A DNA stretch of 64,000 nt from Octopus sinensis. Taxonomy: Eukaryota. The notes under the pieces are model-generated. The model saw nothing but the letters and a program-made list of their open reading frames with translations, searched no databases and was not told the DNA's origin. The position numbers were made by a program, and so were the translations under genes. Positions 13,375 through 29,409 of this stretch are shown here, piece by piece. Every line of letters begins with the position of its first letter. Position 1 is the first letter of the stretch. Location of the stretch: positions 310,001-374,000 of the forward strand of contig NC_043007.1 in assembly GCF_006345805.1 (NCBI RefSeq), read 5' to 3'.

Positions 13375-13580
13375 TCTGTCTGGCAGTCGCCATGATAGAT
13401 CGTTAGACACTACACACTTTTTTCTCCTTGTTACTCTCCTTGTTTTTTTCTGTCACTTTCTGTAGAAGAGCGTAGGCTCGAAACGTAAAATATTTTTTTT
13501 ATTCCTGAGCGTTATACTAATACATCTCTTTTTTTTATACACCACCTGCCTTCGTCTTTTGTTTTTTTCCGTAAACTCTC
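13375..13580 (+). mobile_element. Short repeat family D (Penelope-like terminal fragment)
   Basis: High similarity to 53565-53770; flanked by (TA)n on both sides. Confidence 0.7.
13456..13491 (+). ncRNA. Minimal type I hammerhead-like motif, variant core
   Basis: cttt-CTGTAGA-a-gagc-gtag-gctc-GAAAC-GTA-aaa: stem I, core, stem II and palindromic ACGT stem III. Confidence 0.45.
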
Positions 13581-13585
13581 ATCTC

Positions 13586-13653
<68 letters not shown>

Positions 13654-14399
13654 ATATGTGTTGTGTGTATGTCTGTTTGTATTGTATACACACACACCAC
13701 ATATATATATATATATATAGATAGGTAGACAGGAGGAGAGTGAGAAAGAGAGAGAGGCAGAAGGTGAGAGAGGATATGCGAAGGAGAGAGATACATCAAT
13801 ATATTGGTAGAATTATTGTTTAGGCTTTAGTGTCACATCTACAATATAAACATGTTTACAATTCTTGACAGTACAAGATGTTATATTCTTTGTTCACGAG
13901 GATATTGATGTCTGAAAAGTTTTGTATAGGTTATGTAGCAACTGAATGATTAAAAGATGTTTCTATGGTAAAAACATCAACATATATATACATATATATA
14001 TATGCATTAGTATCTCTAGTTATTTACTTACCTGAACTGGCATTCTTGGTTCTTTTGTTGCGATGAATGTCAGTTGTACAGCCTTTGCACAAACACACGC
14101 ACACACGAGTACATAGATGTGGATGCAGATAAAGATATTTATGAGTATGTGTATATCGTCAGATTTAAAATTAAGTCGCATGACATATACCCAACATTTA
14201 AAGATCTGAGCGAACATAGACACACTCGCATACAGACACAGTCGCAGAGACACGCTCGCATACAGACACACTCACATAGAGACACACACGCACAGAGACA
14301 CTCGCACAAAGACGCACATCCATGATAACAAAAATTTATGTCATATGATGTAATGAGTTCAAATCGGATTAAAACGTTACTTAAATATTTTCCTTCACT

Positions 14400-15110
14400 C
14401 AAAATATAATCACCATCGTTAGCGATAACATTTTCTCACCTTGATACAACTTTTCTGATTCCTCCGTCAAAAAAAAAAAAAAAAATCAAATGCTTTAGAA
14501 CAAATGTTTGGAGTGTCGACCGCATACTTGATTCTCCATTGTTTTCTTCTGGTAAATTCTTCAAGTGATCTGAATAAGTGAAAATCTGTTGGTGTTAATT
14601 CTGGTGAGCAGGGACGATGAAGTAGGACCTCGCATTATATTGCGTAACGACTTCTTTACCACAGCTGTTTGTTTTTGAGCAATGCTTGACTGACACATTC
14701 ACGTTTTTGACCATAAATTTCAGCAATGATGTTTTCCATTGTTCCAGTAATTCGAAGAGAACAATACCTAGTGTATCCCCCCACCAACAAAAAAAAAAAA
14801 CTTTGAATATAGATCGAACTTGGGTGTTGTAGCTAAATCAATCTTTTGCCGATAGCCACCGCTTGTTGGCATACATGTATTGTTGGCATAGATTATCCGC
14901 GTGTAAGAGGCTGTCAGAATTGGATTAACAAAATTTGTTTGTTTATTCCTGATTAGCGAATTGTTGAAAGTCCATCTTCAGTCTAGATGCATGGTTCATG
15001 AGATACCTACCTGATTTCCCAATCTGCTTCATATGGTATTCACAGTGAACTGAGGTTAATGAAACCTCCGATATAAGTTCCTGATAATTTGACTAGAATC
15101 CTCTTTAATT
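14400..15110 (-). pseudogene. Mariner transposase remnant, highly decayed
   Basis: Minus strand has WWGDTLGIVLFELL, EVLLHRPCSPELTPTDFHLFRSL (cf. HPPYSPDLAPSDFHLF) and GGIRKVVSR*ENVIANDGDYI. Confidence 0.8.
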
Positions 15111-15194
15111 GTATCTACTTCAAAATATAATACTTGTAGGTACCTAATATCCACATGCACATATACATGCATATCTACATGTGTATACACACAC

Positions 15195-15225
<31 letters not shown>

Positions 15226-15304
15226 GATTCAGATGAATATGGTACTTAAGTTAAAGGCACCAGAATTTGGTATGGTATTATCCATATAAATCAAATGGGG
15301 TGAT

Positions 15305-15432
15305 TATAATCAAAATAAGCAACAATGATATCCAAAGGTAGTGTAGCACAATCGTTTCATGCTACTTCATAAGTAGCATGAAAAGATTGTACTACACTAC
15401 CTTGGATATCCTTGTTGCTTATTTTGATTATA
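15305..15432. repeat. ~128-bp foldback palindrome
   Basis: ataatcaaaataagcaacaa...catgctactt / aagtagcatg...ttgttgcttattttgattat, with a 3-nt loop and few mismatches. Confidence 0.85.
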
Positions 15433-15433
15433 T

Positions 15434-15466
<33 letters not shown>

Positions 15467-16166
15467 TATATATACACATATACATATGCATCTAACCGTT
15501 TTACTGAAAAGGTTCTTTTCTAGCATTTGAAAAATAAAATATATAAAATAATATAAGAAATCCTAGATAGCGTTGAATCTATTTATATCAAAACCTCCTG
15601 AGCGGAAGATTTGTAATGACAGGTTAGAATTGTTGCTTGCATGTCTGTTAAAGGAATCGTAACAAGTTGTACAAGTCGCCTGTTAACCAGTAACAACGAG
15701 TTGACATTGTTGATTGCATGTTTAAGCAACGTCACTGTAAAAGCTTCGTATATGGAAACAAAATAGTTATAATAATTATTGGCGATTATAACATTGTGTA
15801 ACAAAATTTTATTCTTTTTTATTCTTTGCTCAGTAAATATTATTTTTTTATTTGTTTCTATGTAACAGTCGTAGGAAATTACTACAATTCTTTTCAAACT
15901 GCTTTTGTGACCTGTGCAGCAATGTTTTGAAACTGACCTACATTTCGGAAGCGAAAATATCATTGTAGTAAATCTTCTGCTCAACGCCACAGATTTATTT
16001 GTCAGCTGTTTGACGTTAACCACTTCAGCATGCCCCTTAGTGGCTGACAATATTTGTATATCTGATCATGAGCAGGAGTAGTGGGGGAACATCATAGCCA
16101 TTTGTTGAGAGAGGATCATTGGGGTTTGAATAAATGTAATAAAATCAAAGTTTGAAAGAAATATTA

Positions 16167-16317
16167 GGTGCGGTAAGTAGCTTGCTTACCAACCACATGG
16201 TTCCGGGTTCAGTCCCACTGCGTGGTACTTTGGGTAGGTGTCTTCTACTATAGCCTCGGACCGACCAAAGCCTTGTGAGTAGATTTGGTAGACGGAAACT
16301 AAAAGAAGCCCGTCGTA

Positions 16318-16385
<68 letters not shown>

Positions 16386-16557
16386 TTGTGTGTCTGTGTT
16401 TACGTCACTGTAACTTAGCGGTTCGGCAAAAGAGACCGATAGAAAAAGTACTAGGCTTACAAAGAATAAGTCCTGGGGGCGATTTGATCGACTAAAGGCG
16501 GTGCTCCAGCATGGCCACAGTCAAATGACTGAAACAATTGAAAGAGTAAACGAGTAA
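16167..16557 (+). mobile_element. SINE family A
   Basis: Family A head, internal (TA)n(TG)n and tail. Confidence 0.88.
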
Positions 16558-16649
16558 GATTATTTATCAAACAAATAGGAAATAACACTTGGTACCCCGG
16601 ATAGAAATCATGTGACACCGTGCAATCACCTAACGGTATGACACGAAAT

Positions 16650-16887
16650 AAGGCGGCGTGCTGGCAGAATCATTAGCACACCGGACGAAATGCTTAGCGG
16701 TTTTTCGTCTGCCGTTACGCTCTAAGCTCAAATTCCGCCGAAGTCGACTTTGCCTTTCATCCTTTCGAGGTCGATAAATTAAGTACCAGTTACGCACTAG
16801 GGTCCATATAATCGACTTAATCCTTTTGTCTGTCCTTGTTTGCCCTCTCTGTGTTTAGCTCCTTGTGGGTAGTAAAGAAATAGGTAT
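16650..16887 (+). mobile_element. SINE family B monomer
   Basis: aaggcggcgtgctggcagaatc head, central domain, tgtctgtccttgtttg...cttgtgggtagtaaagaaatagg tail. Confidence 0.85.
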
Positions 16888-18119
16888 GACTCGAAATAAC
16901 AAGTCAATTTATTTTTGCTTGCATGTGCATCAAAATGATTATGGAAATTGCTATATGTAGCAAATGTTAAAGCTTAAATATAATTTGTATAAGTCGATTA
17001 TGATCAACTAAGCGGATGACCTGCAATGACGTGTTAAAATTGCTGTTTGAATGATTGTCGAAATGATTATGAAAAATTTGTTCATGACGATTATAATCCT
17101 GCGATAATTGCAACAATATGAAAGCTTCAACGTTAATCAAATAACGGTAATAAGATGTTTGAAGGAAGGTTAAAGGAAAGCGTTTATCCCCAAAATCTAG
17201 GAAATAGTTATAAATTCTCAGAAAGATAGTTAAATTTATTCTCTCAAAATAAAAGGTGCAATGTGTGGAGTCTGAGTATAAGAAGTCAGTATACTCGTCA
17301 AAATAGAGAATTTTCAGAGACAATCAAATTAATATTATAGTTATAATAGCTAGAAGGCGGTATCATTAATCAAATATGGTTATACAGAATCCAGTATCAA
17401 GTATAGTTATGAAGAATATATGTATCTGGAACGTGGGAAGATATATAGCGTTCGTATGGACATATGCAATGTGATATTTTAATATATCAAAAGTATAATG
17501 TAAGAGAAACTGATGTATCTAGATAGCAGAATTGCCGTTTATGTGTGAATTGAAACGATCGTAAAAATTTGAAAACATGTGATGCCACGCAATATAAAGA
17601 AAAATTTAGGTTTAGGCTAGAAAGGGTAGCTAAAATGAGTATATATTTTAGAAATAGATTTAATAAATACATATCGGTAGTTAAAAAAAGCTAAAGATTA
17701 ACTCAGAGAAAATTCGCCATTGCTTAGCAGTGTCAGAAGATGCCCTGTGTGTGATGTATTCTGTATTCTGAACTAATAACCAAATCAAATACCAATTCGG
17801 GGAGGCCCGGCTTATATATTTTACATGCTGTGCTGAACCCAGTACCAAATGCTAAGAACTACTTCAAAACACCATTTTCCAATCTCTTTCCCCGTTAACT
17901 GTAATGAGTTGTCCAAGCACCGTACAACCACTCTCACTGACAGAGCAAGTGTGTTTAGAAAGCAAAGTATGTAATTAAAAATATATAAAAAATATAGAAA
18001 ATATAGGGGTTTATCAGGTAATGGTCAGTGGAGCTTATTGAGGTCACTTGAAGCCAAAAGCCCAGAAAGCATAAAGAATATAAATAATTCCAAGTAGATG
18101 TCTAGGGCTCGGTGGTATT

Positions 18120-18362
18120 TGAATCAGAACCTAGCAACAAATACCTATTTGTTTACTACTCACAAGGGGCTAAACACAAAGGAGACAAGCAAGGACAGAC
18201 AAACATCGACCCCAGTGCGTAACTGGTACTTATTTAATCGACCCTGAAAGGATGAAAGGCAGAGTCGACCTCGGCGGAATTTGAACTCAGAACGTAGCAA
18301 CGGGCGAAATATCGCTGAGCATCTCGTCCAGCGTGCTAACAATTCTGCCAGATCGGCGCCTT
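18120..18362 (-). mobile_element. SINE family B
   Basis: Reverse complement of the family B pattern. Confidence 0.8.
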
Positions 18363-18683
18363 AACTAATCTCATGTAATGATTTATAAATGTAAACTGAG
18401 CATTTTAAAGCTGGCGTCCGGTGCAGAAATATACGTTATGATTTGTTATTAAAGCCTGTTATTTTTCATCTTCGTGATTTATAATTCTTATATTAATTCT
18501 ATACAGCATTGGAGTTCCACATGTTTATCAAACTTTGGAAAATATCTTGCTGTAGAGTAACATATGGTAGCCGATAACGGAAGAGAAGCTTTGAAGTATA
18601 CGTTATTCAGTTATTACAGTGTAATAGTATGTGTAATAATTACACATACTATATTAAATATACATATGCGTATATATGTATAT

Positions 18684-19082
18684 TCATTTATTCCTTTACT
18701 TGTTTCAGTCATTTGACTGTGGCCATGCTAGAGCACGGCCTTTAGTCGAAAACATCGAACCCAGAGCCTATTCTCTGTAAACCTAGTACTTATACTATCG
18801 TCACTTTTGCCGAACTGCTAAGTTACGGGGACGTAATCAGACGAATATCGGTTGTCAAGTGATGGTGGAGGGGACAAGATCAGACACGCACACAAATACA
18901 TATACACACTCTTACATACACACACATACATATATATAAAAATGGCTTCTTTCAGTTTCCGTCTTCAAAATCCACTCACAAGGCTTTGGTCGGTCCGAGG
19001 TTATAATAGAACACACTCGCCCAAGGTGCCTGGCAGTGGAATTGAACCCGGAACCTACATACCACACAGCTACTCCCTCACC
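18684..19082 (-). mobile_element. SINE family A, diverged
   Basis: Family A tail, body and partial head. Confidence 0.8.
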
Positions 19083-19695
19083 TATATACATAAACAACAG
19101 ATATAAATACATACGTATACACTTATGTGTGTGAGTGTGTGTGTTTGTGTTTTTATGCATATGTGCAACGATATCCGTCGTAAAAAATATTTCTTTCTGC
19201 CCGAAGACTTAATACTGCTTCCGCTCATAAAATTACGTTTGGAAATGTATGTATTAAATCAGTGTTAAATGAACAAACACAATTTTTACCTGGACACCTC
19301 CGATATCTACTTTGGTTAACGGCATCACGCAGATTTGCGACGAACATTACGCATTAAATATAATCAAAAATTTTACACAAACAATCAATATTATAGAGAA
19401 ACCATATTTAAATATTCCATTACAGTAACAAAAGCGACAGCTTCAGCACATTTTTAGTAGGATATAAAGGACGGTATAGAATTTAAATAAAAATATATGA
19501 AATGTAAAGGCATTGAAACTGATATTGTGATAGTACGCTGCTGGGTTGAACAACCTATAACAATGTGAGATATCTCGTATACAGAGGAACAATGACGTAA
19601 GCTTCAACACGCAATAACACTGAAAAAGTCAACTACTACGCGTGGGCAAAACTGTATGAATGAATATACACGTGTGTGTGAGTGAGTTTGTGTAA

Positions 19696-21485
<1,790 letters not shown>

Positions 21486-22098
21486 TATAAGAGTGGGTGT
21501 TGAAACAATAGAAAGAAACTCTCAGCATATTTAGTTGGAGATGTAAGTAGTTAATATGGTGTCGGTTCTGTTCAACAATCGTTTCCTAGGCGCAGAACGT
21601 GTCGACATTTGCATATGTACGGCGCCAGTATTATGAGGATACAAAAGTACTTTAAAAGAAATTTCCATTTATTCGTTCATAGCTATTTACGTTTAAAGGG
21701 TGCGCCTACGAAAGTAACTCTGCAGAAGCAGAGTATATTTAATATATTTCTATAGTTGTATCTCCGTATTTGCTGCTTAAAGTTACCTGCCACCTATACA
21801 GTATTCTCGTAGAATTATTCGGTGCTGTTTCGTGGGTGTCAATTATTCATCATCGCTTCAACGTTACATGACTGACTAATTACTCATGCTTTTATAACTA
21901 TCCATATGAGGTTTGACGTTTTAATAGCGTCAGTTCAGCTGTAAATCAACTTGACGTTGTTCCTATCAGATACGTATCGGCATTTAGTTGATGGCAAATT
22001 TGTATTTACTAAGTCGAGAAAGATTTTAGTATTATCAGACATAACTATTAAAGAGAAGTGTCGTATTTGCCAAATAATAATGGTGTCAAATTTTGGCA

Positions 22099-22500
22099 CT
22101 CTTTTACTTGTTTCAGTCATTTGACTGTGACCATGCTGGAGCACCGCCTTTAGTCGAGCAAATCGACCACAGGACTTATTTTTGTAAGCCTGGTACTTAT
22201 TCTATCGGTCTCTTTTGCCGAGCCGCTAAGTTACGGGAACGTAAACACACCAGCATCGGTTGTCAAGCGATGTTGGGGGGACAAGCACAGACACAAACGT
22301 ATACGCACACATACATATACACATATATACATATATACGACGGGCTTCTTTCAGTTTCCGTCTACCAAATCCACTCACAAGGATTTGATCGGCCCGAGAC
22401 TATAGTAGAAGACACTTGCCCAAGGTGCCACGCAGTGGGACTGAACCCGGAACCATGCGGTTGGTAAGCAAACTACTTACCACACATCCACTCCTACACC
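22099..22500 (-). mobile_element. SINE family A, full-length
   Basis: All family A blocks are present. Confidence 0.9.
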
Positions 22501-22529
22501 TATGACAGCCACTCCTACACACACGGACA

Positions 22530-22715
22530 GCAATTTCGAAATAGGAGTATATGTTGATAAGATAGACCCTGCTGTACTCAACTGATACTTATTTTATCGA
22601 GAGAACGAAAAGCAAACTCGACAGGAGTTGAATTTGAACTCAGAACGCAAAGACGGACGAAATGCCGCTAAGCTTTGTACCCGCCGTGCTAACCGTTCTG
22701 TTAGCTATCCGCCTT
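22530..22715 (-). mobile_element. SINE family B, diverged
   Basis: gaatttgaactcagaacgcaaagacggacgaaatgccgctaag and flanking blocks. Confidence 0.7.
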
Positions 22716-22945
22716 TATCAAACTTAACTATCTTACTGCTGGATTGCAGACATTGGGGCGGCATGTGATCTTATCATTGGGTCGATTAACTTCTAATGCT
22801 TTATTGCTGACAATTTCGTAGTCAATTACCTGTTAGATATTCCTCCACTGATATTATTAATTAGGTATTTCAAAAAAAAATCTACGGATTGATAGCGATG
22901 ATCAGCAATATGAACATACGTGAGTTTTTCTTGCGTTTTGCTAAT

Positions 22946-22996
<51 letters not shown>

Positions 22997-23499
22997 CTCC
23001 TTTCGTTTGCTTGAGGACAATGTCAAAGAAACAGACCATTCCAAGATCAGTAGGAATAGTTATTTTCATGCAAAACCTGTATCTTCAAATCTTTCTTATC
23101 TATATTTATTGGCGTGTTAGGTTACAGCCGAACAATCAATTCTGTGTAAGCACATATTTATTGTTGGGAATTTCATTTTCAGTGTAATGAGAATATATAT
23201 TTCTCTGTGTACCTGTGTGTGTTTGTGTGCGTGTATACCTATGAGATCACATGTCTTTATGTTAGTAATTTCTTGATACGTTAGCCACATGAACTTGTGA
23301 ATTGGATCTTTGAACCCTGATACAATCTTTGTCAAATAGAAGAGTTTTCCTCGCGTGCATAATGTTATCTAAATCACAAGTTCCAATATTATTTAAATTG
23401 GTGAACTCTAGTCCTGTCGCGAGCAGAACTTACGAAATAAAGAGAGAAAAATTTTACGATACCGCTTGGAGTAGTGTGAAAATTAATTTTAATATTGGC

Positions 23500-23700
23500 T
23501 TCAAATTTTGGCACAATGCCAGGAATTTCGGATCAGTGGAAAGTTGATCATGTCGACTCCCAGTTTCCTACTGGTGCTTAGTTTATCGACCCTAAAAGAA
23601 ATAAAAGGCAAAGTCAACATCGGCAGAATTGAGCTCAGAATGTAAAGACGGATGAAATGATGCATTTCGTTCGGCATATTGACGATTCTGCCTGTTCTCA
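23500..23700 (-). mobile_element. SINE family B, diverged
   Basis: tttatcgaccctaaaagaaataaaaggcaaagtcaac central domain. Confidence 0.65.
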
Positions 23701-23711
23701 TTTTGGCTATA

Positions 23712-23941
23712 CTGCAATCCCACGACTATTACCATGCCAAAACACCACGGAATAGGTGAATATGCACGAAGTAAAAACAGAACTCTACAGTATATTTTCT
23801 TTTATTATTTTCATAATTTGTATACATTTATTTTATTATAAATGCAAAACAACACCACGGAGGAATGCTTAAATGATAAACCGCGATATGTGAACCGCAA
23901 CAGGTGAACCGCGATAGGTGAATCGCGATGAGGTATTACTG
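23712..23941. mobile_element. Tigger/pogo-like MITE
   Basis: TA-flanked ends ctgcaatcccacgacta / cgcgatgaggtattactg, with an internal gtgaaccgcgata repeat. Confidence 0.5.
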
Positions 23942-24404
23942 TATTATTGATATTTATCGCTGGAAGTTGGTTAATATTCTAATGTTATTCGTAAAATTGG
24001 TTCCAAATTTTGGCAGAACACCAGCAGTTGTGAAAAGGGTCCAAGTACATTACATAGGCTCCCAGCACTCAACTCATACTTATTTTATAAGGAAGAAATG
24101 CTGCTAAACATTTTTCCAGTGCATTGACGATTCTGCTAGCACGCCGCCCCAATCTTGTTCTGAATACTACTGAAGAATTCAAATGCTGCCGAGGTCATCG
24201 TTGTCTTTCGTCCTTTCGGGATCGATAACATAAGAAGCAGCTGAGTTCTGGGTTCGATGTAATCCACTTACCACCTCTCCCCAAATTAGTGGCCCTTTGT
24301 CAAGAATTGAAGGCAGTATTAGAGGGGAATTTCTCCCCCGCTTTTCCGATCTGCGTTATTGCGTGGTGCATTTATCAGTGCTTAGTATTTAGAATATGAA
24401 AAAA

Positions 24405-24660
24405 AACCCTCTTAAAGTCCTTCCGGAGTCATATGATCATAAGGCCCTTTCTCAGATTATGTGGCATAAATATTCTCCCACTATACCTGGGTTGGATCCA
24501 AGTCCGTCGGGTGATTACTGATTTTTGCCGGTTGAGTGGATTGGAGCAACACGAAATGAGGTTATTTGGTGAAGAACACAACGAATCGCAAGCACAAGAA
24601 TTGAAACCATAGCCTTGCGATAATGATTGTAAAATCCTAATCACTTAACCACGGAGCTCC
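24405..24660 (-). mobile_element. SINE related to family C, diverged
   Basis: gagtggattggagcaacacgaaatgagg...gaacacaac and taatcacttaaccacg resemble 51880-52000. Confidence 0.55.
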
Positions 24661-24757
24661 ACAATGTTTATCGTATATTATCTTCATATTGTTTTTGAAT
24701 GTTATGTACGGCTTGCATTTAGTTAGCCATTCTAGCCTAAAGAAAGGAGACCGTTGC

Positions 24758-24759
<2 letters not shown>

Positions 24760-24832
<73 letters not shown>

Positions 24833-25043
24833 AGTGTCTGTGTTTGTCCCCCCACTCCCATCGTTTGGCAACCGATGCTGGTTTATTTACGTACCCGTAA
24901 CTTAGCGGTTCGGCAAAAGGGTACCGATAGAAAAAGTACTAAGCTTACAAAGAATAAGTCGATTTACTCGACTAAAGGTGGTCCTCCAGCATGGCCGCAG
25001 TCAAACGACTGAAACGAATAAAATAATGAAAGAACAAAAGAAT
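24760..25043 (+). mobile_element. SINE family A, 3' half
   Basis: Begins at the internal microsatellite; body and tail are present. Confidence 0.8.
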
Positions 25044-25603
25044 ACCTATATACAAGTGTATATATGTATATATGCATGAATATATACATATGTATGCATA
25101 CATAGTTCTGTCCAAACATAGATACACTGCCATAGATGTATAAATCTCCGCAGAAAAACCGTATTTAATACGCTAAACTACATTGCTTCAGATTTTGATA
25201 GAGTTGTGTAATATCTAATATTTTTTTAATCATATAGCATTGCCACAGGATAGCGATAATATGCCGTGAACTGATAAATACCTTTGAAGTTTCTGTTATA
25301 GCTATTTCTCAACGTTTTAATTATGCTATACTTTAATCTACAGATTAGGATAAGAAAACTGATGTATATCTTCTCTGCTTTCAACTTATAAGAAGTTCTT
25401 AAGTCGATAACGTATAATATGATACATAATATATCAAAAGAAAGACATTTTCTGTTAAGAAAAAACAATTTAATATACAAAGAGGAGACAGTAAACAATT
25501 GGTCTTTTCGTTATTTCCTCAATTTAGTGGAGAAGACAAGAAAACGCATACACATGTTTCGAAGTGTGTGAACATATGTACGTAAGTCTGTGTCTACGCT
25601 TTG

Positions 25604-25605
<2 letters not shown>

Positions 25606-25689
<84 letters not shown>

Positions 25690-25720
25690 AACATATGTGC
25701 ATGCGATTCTGTCTACGCTT

Positions 25721-25798
<78 letters not shown>

Positions 25799-25915
25799 TA
25801 AAACCACATACATATGAATTATATATGTACACACAGGCAGACAGATGCACATCTATATGCAAACATACGTATACGTAGATATGTCTGTGTGTGTATGTGC
25901 GGGTATCTGTGCGCG

Positions 25916-26008
<93 letters not shown>

Positions 26009-26140
26009 GTGTGTGTGCGTGTGTCTGCGTGTGTGTGTACGTGTGTGTGTATACGTGCTTGTCTCTGTCAGCACATTCGCATGTGTGTTTAACTCTATAC
26101 ACACATAAACACGCACACACTCACACACTAACACACACTT
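25606..26140. repeat. Compound (TA)n/(TAGA)n/(TG)n microsatellites
   Basis: Directly visible. Confidence 0.9.
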
Positions 26141-26768
26141 GCATAATAGCTAACAAACATAGATAAAACACACAGACTTGCACACACTCACACCCATATA
26201 TATATAATCACACAAACACCAATAAATATCTCTCGTATGGAAAATATCTGGAAGGAAATCGAGACATTAATAATGAAGACAATACAAATATATTGAGTCT
26301 CAAAGTGCTCGTTCGATGCAAACGTCTTAGCGCTCCGAAGATGTACTACTCTTATCATAGTAGCATAAAGGCATCTGTTACACGTTGACAGACTGAAAGT
26401 CATCCGAAACGGAAGACATAATGGTTTTCTTATGAATAGATTAAGGTGAATGCATCGTGGCTGTTGTATTAACCCATGAAGTATTCAATATAGAGTAAAA
26501 TCGTAAGGCCTTTTGCCTTTATGCTTTTCCCTAGTTCTCTATATGCAGATAATGCATCCATACTTACACACATACATACATGCATTCATACATACTGCGT
26601 GCGCACGTATGTGCGTGTTTACACAGGGTGGGCGAACATTTCAATACGCTTCGAAAAAGACGTACTTCAATTTTCTTCTAAAATTGAATACAATGAAATA
26701 ATAATGAATACACCCGATCTTTTACACGATGGACAAATTTAATGAAAATAATAATAATAAGGGTTATG

Positions 26769-26826
<58 letters not shown>

Positions 26827-26894
26827 GCACATACCCAAGGCACACAGAGCTGCGCTCGGTAGTGAAGTGAAAGCACGCTATAAAAATAAAACTA

Positions 26895-26947
<53 letters not shown>

Positions 26948-27018
26948 GCACATACCCAAGGCACACAGAGCTGCGCTCGGTAGTGAAGTGAAAGCACGCT
27001 ATAAAAATAAAACTACTG
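26827..27018 (+). mobile_element. Two identical 71-bp units embedded in (AAT)n; probable 3' tails of a TAA-targeting non-LTR retrotransposon (R4/Dong-like)
   Basis: gcacatacccaaggcacacagagctgcgctcggtagtgaagtgaaagcacgctataaaaataaaactactg at 26827-26897 and 26948-27018, each preceded and followed by (AAT)n. The clade is inferred from the target. Confidence 0.6.
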
Positions 27019-27126
27019 AATAATAATATAATAATAATAATAATAATAAGAAGAAGAAGAAGAAGAAGAAAGAAGAAGAAGAAGAAGAAGAAGAAGAAGA
27101 AGAAGAAGAAGAAGAAGAGAAAGAAG
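27019..27126. repeat. (AAT)n followed by (GAA)n trinucleotide repeat
   Basis: Directly visible. Confidence 0.95.
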
Positions 27127-28286
27127 GAAAACAAAAAACATAATATAAATAAATGTCAAATATGTTGGTGCATGACTCTTGGTCCACACTATATATGTAT
27201 ATATACGAATTTCCATACTGTTTCACTCCTGCTAATCTCACTGGCCTTTCAAGCAAACGGAAGGCTACTGTAGAAGACACTTGCTTATTCTATTGCATCG
27301 TGAGATCGAACCCAGGCCTCTTTGGTATAATGTAAATCTCATAACCACAAAGCAACGACTGCACCAGGTCATACCTTTATCTATCCATCGTTCCACTGCT
27401 GTCTAGAAAGAGAAAGAGAAAGCGAACATGAAAGTTAACGAAGAATTTTACTCAAAATTGTTCAAATGTTTGTTTTTGTCTCTTCTTATTCTTTGAAAAC
27501 CTTTGTCTTCTGGATCTAGGACGCTCCGGATATTGACTTTTCGAATCCCATTATTTGCTCCATTGTTCGTCTCAGGAATGTTAATATTTACAAACTAGTT
27601 AAACGTAGATTGCTTTTCTTATTCTTTGCCACAGTTTTCTTATTTCATTTCTAACATAAAGTGCATTTCGCTTCAGTGGTTTCAAATATATTGGTAACTG
27701 TTGATGCCCGAGGCATGATCGTGTTATTTAATATTATTTTTTTACTTGAGAATCTTACTCCAAGACATGATTTTTAACATTTATCTTAATGAGTCAATTT
27801 ATCCTTCCATTACATTTCCTATTAAAGCCCAGCTTTAAATGTGTTGCTTTAATCTTAATTGAAATCCGATTCTTGACAGCCCAGTTCGGTGAGAAGTGTC
27901 TACTCGAATTCTCTATTTGCTTTATTGAAATATAAAACGCCTACTCTGTGTGGAGCTACAGCAAGTAAACAGATGGCGAAAACATTGATATAATTTCATA
28001 TAACTTTAAGTTATTACGTGTAAAGATCGTAATACAAAAATTTGATGTATACATTCAAATAAAACTAAAAGATTAATGAATGTGTTAGAACAACGTTGCC
28101 AATACAAATTATTAATATGGTTAATTCAAGGCAGGTGAGAAGATACCGGCATTTAAAAGCAAGGCGATATAATTTACAGAAGTTAATTTATTGTCAACAT
28201 ATCTTGAGGTTATGCATCAAGATATACGACCTTGCTTTCGTATTTCTTACACCGTTGGAGTGAAGACGGTGGATTGGTAGATTCTA

Positions 28287-28752
<466 letters not shown>

Positions 28753-28756
28753 TCAC

Positions 28757-28980
28757 TAATTTCTTTACTACTCAAAAGGGGCTAAACACAGAGGGGACAA
28801 ACAAACGGATTAAGATGATTACATCGACCCCAGTGCGTAAGTGGTACTTAATTTATCGACCCCGAAAGGATGAAAGGCAAAGTCGACCACGGCGGAATTT
28901 GAACTCAGAACGTAACGGCAGACGAAATACAGCTACGCATTTCACCCGGCGTGGTAACATTTCTGCCAGCTCGCCGCCTT
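28757..28980 (-). mobile_element. SINE family B monomer
   Basis: Full head (ctgccagctcgccgcctt) through tail. Confidence 0.88.
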
Positions 28981-29004
28981 CAAAAGAGTAAATTATTATT
29001 AGAA

Positions 29005-29222
29005 TTAAGGCGACGAGCAGGCAAAGTCGCTAGTACACCGGACAAAATGCTTAGCGGCGTATCGCCTGTCTTTACGTCATGAGTTCAAATTCCGCCGAGG
29101 TAAATTTTGCTTCCTTCCTTTCGAAGTAAATCAAAATGGGTACTAGTTGAACGCTGGGGTTGATGTAATCGACTTATCCCCTCCACCCAAAATTGCCGGG
29201 CTTGTGCCAAGATTTGAAAATA
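29005..29222 (+). mobile_element. SINE family B with alternative tail, head-to-head with the previous copy
   Basis: aaggcgacgagcaggca head; ccctccacccaaaattgccgggcttgtgccaaga tail. Confidence 0.8.
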
Positions 29223-29409
29223 ATAATCATTACTAGAGTTATCATTAACATTTTAAGTTCAACTCTCGCCGATGTAAACTTCGCCTTTCTGCCTTGCAAG
29301 ATAGATAATTAATACACCAGTCTTGCAGATCTGTGGATGTCCTCGGCTTGTGTCTATGCAATTATTTTAAAATTTCGTCAACAGATGATATCCAGAGATT
29401 ATCAACATA

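Noticed and set aside
22093-22467. Recurrent ORFs such as FQSFDCGHAGAPPL...EDTCPRCHAVGLNPEPCGW, resembling a gene family
   Set aside because: They are antisense translations of SINE family A, with frameshifts differing between copies.
26770-27050. CRISPR-like repeat-spacer appearance
   Set aside because: The 'spacers' are identical and the 'repeats' are a microsatellite; the context is eukaryotic with no cas genes.
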